From the NCBI RefSeq assembly GCF_009914755.1, contig NC_060948.1: a stretch of 64,000 nucleotides of DNA; one strand, written 5' to 3'. The position numbers and the translations under genes are program-made. How positions within the stretch are numbered: position 1 is the first letter of the stretch; each line of letters begins with the position of its first letter. The notes under the pieces are model-generated. The model was not told the origin of the DNA, made no database searches, and worked only from the letters and a program-made list of their open reading frames with translations. This document shows, piece by piece, positions 27,901-40,930 of this stretch. This DNA comes from the human T2T-CHM13v2.0 reference genome, Homo sapiens.

Positions 27901-30900
27901 GGAATGCACTGGAATGGAAGGGAATGTAATGGAAGGTTCTCGAAAAAAATGGAATCGAAAGGAATGGAATTGAATGGAACGGAATAGAGTCGAATGGAAT
28001 TCAATGGAATGGAATGGACTAGAGTGAAATGGAATCGAACCACAAGGAATGGACAGGAATAGAATGGTCTCGAATTGAATGGAATCGTATGGAATGGCAT
28101 CAAACGGAATGGAATGGACAGCCACGGAATGGAATGGACACCCACGGAATGGAATGCACTCGAATGCAATGGAGTCGACACTAATGGACTGGAATAGAAT
28201 GGACTCGACTGGTACGGACTCCAATGGAATGGAATCGAATGGAAGGGAATCGAAAGGAATGGACTCGAAGGGAAAAGACTGCAATGGAAAGGTCTCGAAT
28301 GGAATGGAAATTAATGGAATGGAATGGAATCGAATGAAATGGAGTCAAAAGGAATGGAATCGAATGGCAAGAAATCGAATGTAATGGAATCGCAAGGAAT
28401 TGATGTGAACGGAACGGAATGGAATGGAATCCAAAGGAATGGAATAGAATGGAATGGAATCGAATGGAAAGGACTCGAATGGAAATCACTCGAATAGAAT
28501 GCAATTTAATAAAATAGGATCAAATGTAATGGAATGGAACGGAAAGGAATCGAAACGAAAGGAATGGAGACAGATGGAATGGAATGGAACAGAGAGCAAT
28601 GGTATAGAATGGAATGGAATCATCTGGAATGGAATTGAATGGAATGGAATAATATGAAATGGAATGGAATGGAATGGAATGCCCTTGAATTAAATGGACT
28701 GGAATGGAATGGACTCGAACAGAGTGGAATGGAAAGTGTTGAAATAGAATGGAATGGACTCGTTTGGAATGGTCTAGTATGCAATGCAATCGACTGGCAG
28801 GGAATCAAAAGGAATGTAATCGAATGGATTGGACTGGAATGCAATGGACTCGAATAGATTGGAAACGGAAAGCAAAGGAATGGAATGGAATAGTATGGAA
28901 TGGAATGGAAAGGAATGGAGTGGAATAGACTAGAGTGGAATGGAATGGACTCGAAAGCAATGGACTGGAATGGAACTTTCTTGAATGGACTGGAATCAAA
29001 CGGAATGGAATGCAATGCAATCAAATGGCATGGAATAAAATAGAATGAAAGAGAATCAAATGGAATTGAATCGAATGGAATCGAATGGATTGGAAAGGAA
29101 TAGAATGGAATGGAATGGAATTGACTCAAATGGAATGGACTAGAATGGAATGGATTCGAATGGAAGGCAAAGGAATGGAATCTATTGGAATGGACTGTAA
29201 TGGAATGGAATGGAAGGGATTGGAATGGACTCGAATGGAATGGACTGCAGTAGAAAGGATTCGAATGGAATGAAAAAGAATTGAATGGAATAGAACAGAA
29301 TGGAATCAAATCGAATGAAATGGAATGGAATAGAAAGGAATGGAATGAAATGGAATGGAAAGGATTCGAATGGAATGCAATCGAATGGAATGAAATCGAA
29401 TGGAATGGAATCGAACGGAATGGAATAAAATGGAAGAAAACTGGCAAGAAATGGAATCGAAATGAATGGAGTGTTATGGAACGGACTCAAAAGGAATTGA
29501 ATGTAATAGAATGGAGTGGAGTGGACTCGAATATAATGGACTAGAATGGAATGAAATCACATGGAATGGGAACGAATGGAATGGAATGGAAAGGAATGGA
29601 ATCGAATGGAAAGGAATCGAATGGAAGGGAATGAAATTGAATCAACAGGAATGGAAGGGAGTAGAATAGACGGTAATGGAATGGACTCGAATAGAATGGA
29701 CACGAATGCTCAAATTGAATGGACTCGAATGGAATGGCAACGAAAGGAATGTCATCGAATGGAATTGAATCGATTGGAATGAAATCACATAGAATGGAGT
29801 GGAATCAAATGGAATTGAATCGAAAGGAAAGGAAGCGAATGGACTGAAATGAAATGGAATGGAATTGAATGGAAATTAATGCAATGGAATAGAATGGAAC
29901 GAAATTTCACGGAATGGAATCAAACTGAATGGAATCAAATCAATGGAATATAATCAAATGGAATGGAAAGGAATTGAATGGAGTAGATTGGATTGGATGG
30001 GATTGGAATGAAATGTACTGGAAAGGACTCGAATTTCATGAAACGGAATGGAATGAATTGGAACGGAATGGACTCGAATGGAATGGAATGTCATGGAATG
30101 GCATCAAATGGAATGGAATCGAATGCGATGGAATGCTATGGAATGGAATGGAATGCATTGGAATGGAATGTCCTCTAATGGAATGTATTCGAGTGGAATG
30201 GAATCGAATATAATGGAGTCTAATGAAATGGAATTGAAAGGAATGGGACCGAATACAATGGAATATACTGGAATGTAATGTAATGAACTCGAATGTAATT
30301 GACTGGAATGGAATGTACATGAATGGAATGTAATCGAATGGAAAGCAATCCAATGGAATAGAATCTAATGCAATAAAATCGACTCAAATAGAGTAGAATG
30401 TAATGGAATGGAGTACAGTGCAATGGAATGGAATGGAATGGAATGCAATGGAATGGAATGGAATGGAATGGGATGGAATGGTATGGAATGGATAGTAATG
30501 GACTGGAGTGAAATGGACTGGAAAAGAATGGACTCAAATTGAAAGGGCTCGAAAGGAATGGAGTCAAATGGAATGGTCTGGAATGGAATGAACACGAATG
30601 TAATGCAATCCAATAGAATGGAATCGAATGGCATGGAATATAAAGAAATGGAATCGAAGAGAATGGAAACAAATGGAATGGAATTGAATGGAATGGAATT
30701 GAATGGAATGGGAACGAATGGAGTGAAATTGTATGCAGTAGAAGAGAATAGAATGGAATGCAAGCGAAAGGAAAGGAATGGATTGGAATGGAATGGAATT
30801 CATTGGAATGGAAGGGAATGTAGTGTAATGGACAGGCCTGGAATAAAGTGGAATGCTACGGTCTCGAATGGAATAAAAATGTATGGAATGGAATGCAATG

Positions 30901-32002
30901 AAACGGAATCGAATGTCATAGAATGTAATGGAATGCAAAAAAATGGACTCCAAAATCATTGACTGGAAAGGCTGGGTGTCGAAAGGAATTGACTCCAATG
31001 GAATGGAATCGAATGGAATGGAAGTGAATAGAATCGAACTAAATCGAATGGAATGGAATTGATAGGAACGGAATGGAAAGGAATGCAATGATTTGGCATG
31101 GAATGGAATCGAATGGCATCGAATGGAATGGAATGGAATGCAATGGAATGGAATGTATTAGAATGTAATGAACTTTAATGGAATGCACTCGAATGGATTC
31201 GACTGGAATGGAATGTTCTGGAAGTGAATGGACTCCAATGGAATGGATTCGAAAGGAATGGAATCTAATGGAATGGAATTAAATGGAAATGAATCAAATT
31301 GAATAGAACGGAATTGAATTGAATGGAATCGAATGCAATGGAATCTAATGAAACGGAAAGGAAAGGAATGGAATGGATTGGAATGGAATGGGCTGGAATG
31401 GAATGGAATCGAAACGAATGGAAAGGAATCGAACTGAAGAGACTGGAATGGAATGCACTGGAATGGAAGGGAATGTAATGGAAGGTTCTCGAAAAAAATG
31501 GAATCGAAAGGAATGGAATTGAATGGAACGGAATAGAGTCGAATGGAATTGAATGGAATGGAATGGACTAGAGTGAAATGGAATCGAACCACAAGGAATG
31601 GACAGGAATAGAATGGTCTCGAATTGAATGGAATCGTATGGAATGGCATCAAACGGAATGGAATGGACAGCCACGGAATGGAATGGACACCCACGGAATG
31701 GAATGCACTCGAATGCAATGGAGTCGACACTAATGGACTGGAATAGAATGGACTCGACTGGTACGGACTCCAATGGAATGGAATCGAATGGAAGGGAATC
31801 GAAAGGAATGGACTCGAAGGGAAAAGACTGCAATGGAAAGGTCTCGAATGGAATGGAAATTAATGGAATGGAATGGAATCAAATGAAATGGAGTCAAAAG
31901 GAATGGAATCGAATGGCAAGAAATCAAATGTAATGGAATCGCAAGGAATTGATGTGAACGGAACGGAATGGAATGGAATCCAAAGGAATGGAATAGAATG
32001 GA
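24905..32002 (+). repeat. Pair of near-identical 3549-bp units (recent tandem duplication)
   Basis: Equal lengths; shared private 20-bp duplication (~28121, ~31670), GAGTACAGT (~26862, ~30411), GAAATCGAA in the 15-bp insertion (~25843, ~29392), ATCGAAAGG (~28249, ~31798). Confidence 0.85.
28104..28146 (+). repeat. 20-bp local tandem duplication (ACGGAATGGAATGGACA-GCC / -CCC)
   Basis: ...CAAACGGAATGGAATGGACAGCCACGGAATGGAATGGACACCCACGG...; also at ~31653-31695, not seen in other units. Confidence 0.85.
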
Positions 32003-35000
32003 ATGGAATCGAATGGAAAGGACTCGAATGGAAATCACTCGAATAGAATGCAATTTAATAAAATAGGATCAAATGTAATGGAATGGAACGGAAAGGAATC
32101 GAAACGAAAGGAATGGAGACAGATGGAATGGAATGGAACAGAGAGCAATGGTATAGAATGGAATGGAATCATCTGGAATGGAATTGAATGGAATGGAATA
32201 ATATGAAATGGAATGGAATGGAATGGAATGCCCTTGAATTAAATGGACTGGAATGGAATGGACTCGAACAGAGTGGAATGGAAAGTGTTGAAATAGAATG
32301 GAATGGACTCGTTTGGAATGGTCTAGTATGCAATGCAATCGACTGGCAGGGAATCAAAAGGAATGTAATCGAATGGATTGGACTGGAATGCAATGGACTC
32401 GAATAGATTGGAAACGGAAAGCAAAGGAATGGAATGGAATAGTATGGAATGGAATGGAAAGGAATGGAGTGGAATAGACTAGAGTGGAATGGAATGGACT
32501 GGAAAGCAATGGACTGGAATGGAACTTTCTTGAATGGACTGGAATCAAACGGAATGGAATGCAATGCAATCAAATGGCATGGAATAAAATAGAATGAAAG
32601 AGAATCAAATGGAATTGAATCGAATGGAATCGAATGGATTGGAAAGGAATAGAATGGAATGGAATGGAATTGACTCAAATGGAATGGACTAGAATGGAAT
32701 GGATTCGAATGGAAGGCAAAGGAATGGAATCTATTGGAATGGACTGTAATGGAATGGAATGGAAGGGATTGGAATGGACTCGAATGGAATGGACTGCAGT
32801 AGAAAGGATTCGAATGGAATGAAAAAGAATTGAATGGAATAGAACAGAATGGAATCAAATCGAATGAAATGGAATGGAATAGAAAGGAATGGAATGAAAT
32901 GGAATGCAAAGGATTCGAATGGAATGCAATCGAATGGAATGGAATCGAACGGAATGGAATAAAATGGAAGAAAACTGGCAAGAAATGGAATCGAAATGAA
33001 TGGAGTGTTATGGAACGGACTCAAAAGGAATTGAATGTAATAGAATGGAGTGGAGTGGACTCGAATATAATGGACTGGAATGGAATGAAATCACATGGAA
33101 TGGGAACGAATGGAATGGAATGGAAAGGAATGGAATCGAATGGAAAGGAATCGAATGGAAGGGAATGAAATTGAATCAACAGGAATGGAAGGGAATAGAA
33201 TAGACGGTAATGGAATGGACTCGAATAGAATGGACACGAATGCTCAAATTGAATGGACTCGAATGGAATGGAAACGAAAGGAATGTCATCGAATGGAATT
33301 GAATCGATTGGAATGAAATTGCATAGAATGGAGTGGAATCAAATGGAATTGAATCGAAAGGAAAGGAAGCGAATGGACTGAAATGAAATGGAATGGAATT
33401 GAATGGAAAGTAATGCAATGGAATAGAATGGAACGAAATTTCACGGAATGGAATGAAACTGAATGGAATCAAATCAATGGAATCTAATCAAGTGGAATGG
33501 AAAGGAATTGAATGGAGTAGATTGGATTGGATGGGATTGGAATGAAATGTACTGGAAAGGACTCGAGTTTCATGAAACGGAATGGAATGAATTGGAACGG
33601 AATGGACTCGAATGGAATGCAATGTCATGGAATGGCATCAAATGGAATGGCATCAAATGGAATGGAATCGAATGCAATGGAATGCTATGGAATGGAATGG
33701 AATGCATTGGAATGGAATGTCCTCTAATGGAATGGATTCGAGTGGAATGGAATCGAATATAATGGAGTCGAATGAAATGGAATTGAAAGGAATGGGATCG
33801 AATACAATGGAATATACTGGAATGTAATGTAATGAACTCGAATGTAATTGACTGGAATGGAATGTACATGAATGGAATGTAATCGAATGGAAAGTAATCC
33901 AATGGAATAGAATCTAATGCAATAAAATCGACTCAGATAGAGTAGAATGTAATGGAATGGAGTGCAGTGCAATGGAATGGAATGGAATGGAATGCAATGG
34001 AATGGAATGGAATGGAAAGGAATGGAATGGATTGGGATGGAATGGTATGGAATGGATAGTAATGGACTGGAGTGAAATGGACTGGAAATGAATGGACTCA
34101 AATTGAAAGGGCTCGAAAGGAATGGAGTCAAAAGGAATGGTCTGGAATGGAATGAACACGAATGTAATGCAATCCAATAGAATGGAATCGAATGGCATGG
34201 AATATAAAGAAATGGAATCGAAGAGAATGGAAACAAATGGAATGGAATTGAATGGAATGGAATTGAATGGAATGGGAACGAATGGAGTGAAATTGTATGC
34301 AGTAGAAGAGAATAGAATGGAATGCAAGCGAAAGGAAAGGAATGGATTGGAATGGAATGGAATTCATTGGAATGGAAGGGAATGTAGTGTAATGGACAGG
34401 CCTGGAATAAAGTGGAATGCTACGGTCTCAAATGGAATAAAAATGTATGGAATGGAATGCAATGAAACGGAATCGAATGTCATAGAATGTAATGGAATGC
34501 AAAAAAATGGAATCCAAAATCATTGACTGGAAAGGCTGGGTGTCGAAAGGAATTGACTCCAATGGAATGGAATCGAATGGAATGGAAGTGAATAGAATCG
34601 AACTAAATCGAATGGAATGGAACTGATAGGAACGGAATGGAAAGGAATGCAATGATTTGGCATGGAATGGAATCGAATGGCATCGAATGGAATGGAATGG
34701 AATGCAATGGAATGGAATGTATTAGAATGTAATGAACTTTAATGGAATGTACTCGAAAGGATTTGACTGGAATGGAATCTTCTGGAAGTGAATGGACTCC
34801 AATGGAATGGATTCGAAAGGAATGGAATCGTACGGAATGGAATCTAATGGAATGGAATTAAATGGAAATGAATCAAATTGAATAGCACGGAATTGAATTG
34901 AATGTAATGGAATGCAATGGAATCTAATGAAACGGAAAGGAAAGGAATGCAATGGAATGGAATGGGCTGGAATGGAAAGGAATCGAAACGAATGGAATGG

Positions 35001-38000
35001 AATCGAACTGAAGAGACTGGAATGGAATGCACTGGAATGGAAGGGAGTGTAATGGAAGGTTCTCGAAAAAAATGGAATCGAATGGAATGGAATTGAGTGG
35101 AACGGAATAGAGTCGAATGCAGTTGAATGGAGTGGAATGGACTAGAGTGAAATGGAATCGAACCACAAGGAATGGACAGGAATAGAATGGTCTCGAATTG
35201 AATGGAATCGTATGGAATGGCATCAAACGGAATGGAATGGACAGCCACGGAATGGAATGCACTCGAATGCAATGGAGTCGACACTAATGGACTGGAATAG
35301 AATGGACTCGACTGGTACGGACTCCAATGGAATGGAATCGAATGGAAGGGAATCGAACGGAATGGACTCGAAGGGAAAAGACTGCAATGGAACGGTCTCG
35401 AATGGAATGGAAATTAATGGAATGGAATAGAATCGAATGAAATGGAGTCAAAAGGAATGGAATCGAATGGCAAGAAATCGAATGTAATGGAATCGCAAGG
35501 AATTGATGTGAACGGAACGGAATGGAATGGAATCCAAAGGAATGGAATAGAATGGAATGGAATCGAATGGAAAGGACTCGAATGGAAATCACTCGAATAG
35601 AATGCAATTTAATAAAATAGGATCAAATGTAATGGAATGGAATGGAAAGGAATCGAAACGAAAGGAATGGAGACAGATGGAATGGAATGGAACAGATAGC
35701 AATGGTATACAATGGAATGGAATCATCTGGAATGGAATTGAATGGAATGGAATAATATGAAATGGAATGGAATGGAATGGAATGGAATGCCCTTGAATTA
35801 AATGGACTGGACTCGAACAGAGTGGAATGGAAAGTGTTGAGATAGAATGGAATGGACTCCTTTGGAATGGTCTAGTATGCAATGCAATCGACTGGCAGGG
35901 AATCAAAAGGAATGTAATGGAATGGATTGGACTGGAATGCAATGGACTCGAATAGATTGGAAACGGAATGCAAAGGAATGGAATGGAATAGTATGGAATG
36001 GAATGGAAAGGAATGGAGTGGAATAGACTAGAGTGGAATGGAATGGACTGGAAAAAAATGGACTGGAATGAAACTTTCTTGAATGGACTGGAATCAAACG
36101 GAATGGAATGCAATGCAATCAAATGGCATGGAATAAGATAGAATGAAAGAGAATCAAATGGAATTGAATCGAATGGAATCGAATGGATTGGAAAGGAAGA
36201 GAATGGAATGGAATGGAATTGACTCAAATGGAATGGACTAGAATGGAATGGATTCGAATGGAAGGCAAAGGAATGGAATCTATTGGAATGGACTGTAATG
36301 GAATGGAATGGAAGGGATTGGAATGGACTCAAATGGAATGGACTGCAATAGAAAGGATTCGAATGGAATGAAAAAGAATTGAATGGAATAGAACAGAATG
36401 GAATCAAATCGAATGAAATGGAATGGAATAGAAAGGAATGGAATGAAATGGAATGGAAAGGATTCGAATGGAATGCAATCGAATGGAATGGAATCGAACG
36501 GAATGGAATAAAATGGAAGAAAACTGGCAAGAAATGGAATCGAAATGAATGGAGTGTTATGGAACGGACTCAAAAGGAATTGAATGTAATAGAATGGAGT
36601 GGAGTGGACTCGAATATAATGGACTGGAATGGAATGAAATCACATGGAATGGGAACGAATGGAATGGAATGGAAAGGAATGGAATCGAATGTAAAGGAAT
36701 CGAACGGAAGGGAATGAAATTGAATCAACAGGAATGGAAGGGAATAGAATAGACTGTAATGGAATGGACACGAATAGAATGGACACGAATGCTCAAGTTG
36801 AATGGACTCGAATGGAATGGAAAGGAAAGGAAAGTCATCGAATGGAATTGAATCGATTGGAATGAAATCGCATAGAATGGAGTGGAATCAAATGGAATTG
36901 AATCGAAAGGAAAGGAAGCGAATGGACTGAAATGAAATGGAATGGAATTGAATGGAAAGTAATGCAATGGAATAGAATGGAACGAAATTTCACGGAATGG
37001 AATCAAACTGAATGGAATCAAATCAATGGAATCTAATCAAATGGAATGGAAAGGAATTGAATGGAGTATATTGGATTGGATGGGATTGGAATGAAATGTA
37101 CTGGAAAGGACTCGAATTTCATGAAACGGAATGGAATGAATTGGAACGGAATGGACTCGAATGGAATGGAATGACATGGAATGGCATCAAATGGAATGGC
37201 ATCAAATGGAATGGAATCGAATACAATGGAATGCTATGGAATGGAATGGAATGCATTGGAATGGAATGTCCTCTAATGGAATGGATTCGAGTGGAATGGA
37301 ATCGAATATAATGGAGTCGAATGAAATGGAATTGAAAGGAATGGGATCGAATAGAATGGAATATACTGGAATGTAATGTAATGAACTCGAATGTAATTGA
37401 CTGGAATGGAATGTACATGAATGGAATGTAATCGAATGGAAAGTAATCCAATGGAATAGAATCTAATGCAATAAAATCGACTCAGATAGAGTAGAATGTA
37501 ATGGAATGGAGTGCAGTGCAATGGAATGGAATGGAATGGAATGCAATGGAATGGAATGGAATGGAATGGAATGGAATGGAATGGGATGGAATGGTATGGA
37601 ATGGTATGGAATGGATAGTAATGGACTGGAGTGAAATGGACTGGAAAGGAATGGACTCAAATTGAAAGGGCTCGAAAGGAATGGAGACAAATGAAATGGT
37701 CTGGAATGGAATGAACACGAATGTAATGCAATCCAATAGAATGGAGTCGAATGGCATGGAATATAAAGAAATGGAATCGAAGAGAATGGAAACAAATGGA
37801 ATGGAATTGAATGGAATGGAATTGAATGGAATGGGAACGAATGGAGTGAAATTGTATGCAGTAGAAGAGAATAGAATGGAATGCAAGCGAAAGGAAAGGA
37901 ATGGATTGGAATGGAATGGAATTCATTGGAATGGAAGGGAATGTAGTGTAATGGACAGGCCTGGAATAAAGTGGAATGCTACGGTCTCGAATGGAATAAA

Positions 38001-40930
38001 AATGTATGGAATGGAATGCAATGAAACGGAATCGAATGTCATAGAATGTAATGGAATGCAAAAAAATGGAATCCAAAATCATTGACTGGAAAGGCTGGGT
38101 GTCGAAAGGAATTGACTCCAATGGAATGGAATCGAATGGAATGGAAGTGAATAGAATCGAACTAAATCGAATGGAATGGAATTGATAGGAACGGAATGGA
38201 AAGGAATGCAATGATTTGGCATGGAATGGAATCGAATGGCATCGAATGGAATGGAATGGAATGCAATGGAATGGAATGTATTAGAATGTAATGAACTTTA
38301 ATGGAATGTACTCGAATGGATTCGACTGGAATGGAATGTTCTGGAAGTGAATGGACTCCAATGGAATGGATTCAAAAGGAATGGAATCGTACGGAATGGA
38401 ATCTAATGGAATGGAATTAAATGGAAATGAATCAAATTGAATAGCACGGAATTGAATTGAATGGAATGGAATGCAATGGAATCTAATGAAACGGAAAGGA
38501 AAGGAATGGAATGGAATGGAATGGGCTGGAATGGAAAGGAATCGAAACGAATGGAATAGAATCGAACTGAAGAGACTGGAATGGAATGCACTGGAATGGA
38601 AGGGAGTGTAATGGAAGGTTCTCGAAAAAAATGGAATCGAATGGAATGGAATTGAATGGAACGGAATAGAGTCGAATGGAATTGAATGGAATGGAATGGA
38701 CTAGAGTGAAATGGAATCGAACCACAAGGAATGGACAGGAATAGAATGGTCTCGAATTGAATGGAATCGTATGGAATGGCATCAAACGGAATGGAATGGA
38801 CAGCCACGGAATGGAATGCACTCGAATGCAATGGAGTCGAAACTAATGGACTGGAATAGAATGGATTCGACTGGTACGGACTCCAATGGAATGGAATCGA
38901 ATGGAAGGGAATCGAACGGAATGGACTCGAAGGGAAAAGACTGCAATGGAAAGGTCTCGAATGGAATGGAAATTAATGGAATGGAATGGAATCGAATGAA
39001 ATGGAGTCAAAAGGAATGGAATCGAATGGCAAGAAATCAAATGTAATGGAATCGCAAGGAATTGATGTGAACGGAACGGAATGGAATGGAATCCAAAGGA
39101 ATGGAATAGAATGGAATGGAATCGAATGGAAAGGACTCGAATGGAAATCACTCGAATAGAATGCAATTTAATAAAATAGGATCAAATGTAATGGAATGGA
39201 ATGGAAAGGAATCGAAACGGAAGGAATGGAGACCGATGGAATGGAATGGAACAGAGAGCAATGGTATAGAATGGAATGGAATCATCTGGAATGGAATTGA
39301 ATGGAATGGAATAATATGAAATGGAATGGAATGGAATGGAATGGAATGCCCTTGAATTAAATGGACTGGAATGGAATGGACTCGAACAGAGTGGAATGGA
39401 AAGTGTTGAGATAGAATGGAATGGACTCCTTTGGAATGGTGTAGTATGCAATGTAATCGACTGGCAGGGAATCAAAAGGAATGTAATGGAATGGATTGGA
39501 CTGGAATGCAATGGACTCGAATAGATTGGAAACGGAATGCAAAGGAATGGAATGGAATAGTATGGAATGGAATGGAAAGGAATGGAGTGGAATAGACTAG
39601 AGTGGAATGGAATGGACTGGAAAGCAATGGACTGGAATGGAACTTTCTTGAATGGACTGGAATCAAACGGAATGGAATGCAATGCAATCAAATGGCATGG
39701 AATAAAATAGAATGAAAGAGAATCAAATGGAATTGAATCGAATGGAATCGAATGGATTGGAAAGGAATAGAATGGAATGGAATGGAATTGACTCAAATGG
39801 AATGGACTAGAATGGAATGGATTCGAATGGAAGGCAAAGGAATGGAATCTATTGGAATGGACTGTAATGGAATGGAATGGAAGGGATTGGAATGGACTCG
39901 AATGGAATGGACTGCAATAGAAAGGATTCGAATGGAATGAAAAAGAATTGAATGGAATAGAACAGAATGGAATCAAATCGAATGAAATGGAATGGAATAG
40001 AAAGGAATGGAATGAAATGGAATGGAAAGGATTCGAATGGAATGCAATCGAATGGAATGGAATCGAACGGAATGGAATAAAATGGAAGAAAACTGGCAAG
40101 AAATGGAATCGAAATGAATGGAGTGTTATGGAACGGACTCAAAAGGAATTGAATGTAATAGAATGGAGTGGAGTGGACTCGAATATAATGGACTGGAATG
40201 GAATGAAATCACATGGAATGGGAACGAATGGAATGGAATGGAAAGGAATGGAATCGAATGGAAAGGAATCGAACGGAAGGGAATGAAATTGAATCAACAG
40301 GAATGGAAGGGAATAGAATAGACTGTAATGGAATGGACACGAATAGAATGGACACGAATGCTCAAGTTGAATGGACTCGAATGGAATGGAAAGGAAAGGA
40401 AAGTCATCGAATGGAATTGAATCGATTGGAATGAAATCGCATAGAATGGAGTGGAATCAAATGGAATTGAATCGAAAGGAAAGGAAGCGAATGGACTGAA
40501 ATGAAATGGAATGGAATTGAATGGAAAGTAATGCAATGGAATAGAATGGAACGAAATTTCACGGAATGGAATCAAACTGAATGGAATCAAATCAATGGAA
40601 TCTAATCAAATGGAATGGAAAGGAATTGAATGGAGTATATTGGATTGGATGGGATTGGAATGAAATGTACTGGAAAGGACTCGAATTTCATGAAACGGAA
40701 TGGAATGAATTGGAACGGAATGGACTCGAATGGAATGGAATGACATGGAATGGCATCAAATGGAATGGCATCAAATGGAATGGAATCGAATACAATGGAA
40801 TGCTATGGAATGGAATGGAATGCATTGGAATGGAATGTCCTCTAATGGAATGGATTCGAGTGGAATGGAATCGAATATAATGGAGTCGAATGAAATGGAA
40901 TTGAAAGGAATGGGATCGAATAGAATGGAA

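Larger units (their letters stand above)
9400..32800 (+). repeat. Central sub-family block of units (boundaries approximate)
   Basis: Lacks CGTACG and ATAGCACGG, which are present at 3044/~6614 and in every unit from ~34829 on. Has ATAGAACGG and GGGAATGTAATGGAAGG. Units from 14.4 kb add AAACGGAAAGCAAAGG and a 15-bp deletion (94-aa vs 99-aa pseudo-ORFs at 15839, 19353, 22866, 26380, 29929). Confidence 0.75.

Noticed and set aside
37029-37040. DUX4-like motif GAATCTAATCA in right-hand units
   Set aside because: It mismatches the first base of TAAYYYAATCA, and near matches are expected by chance in AAT-rich pentamers.
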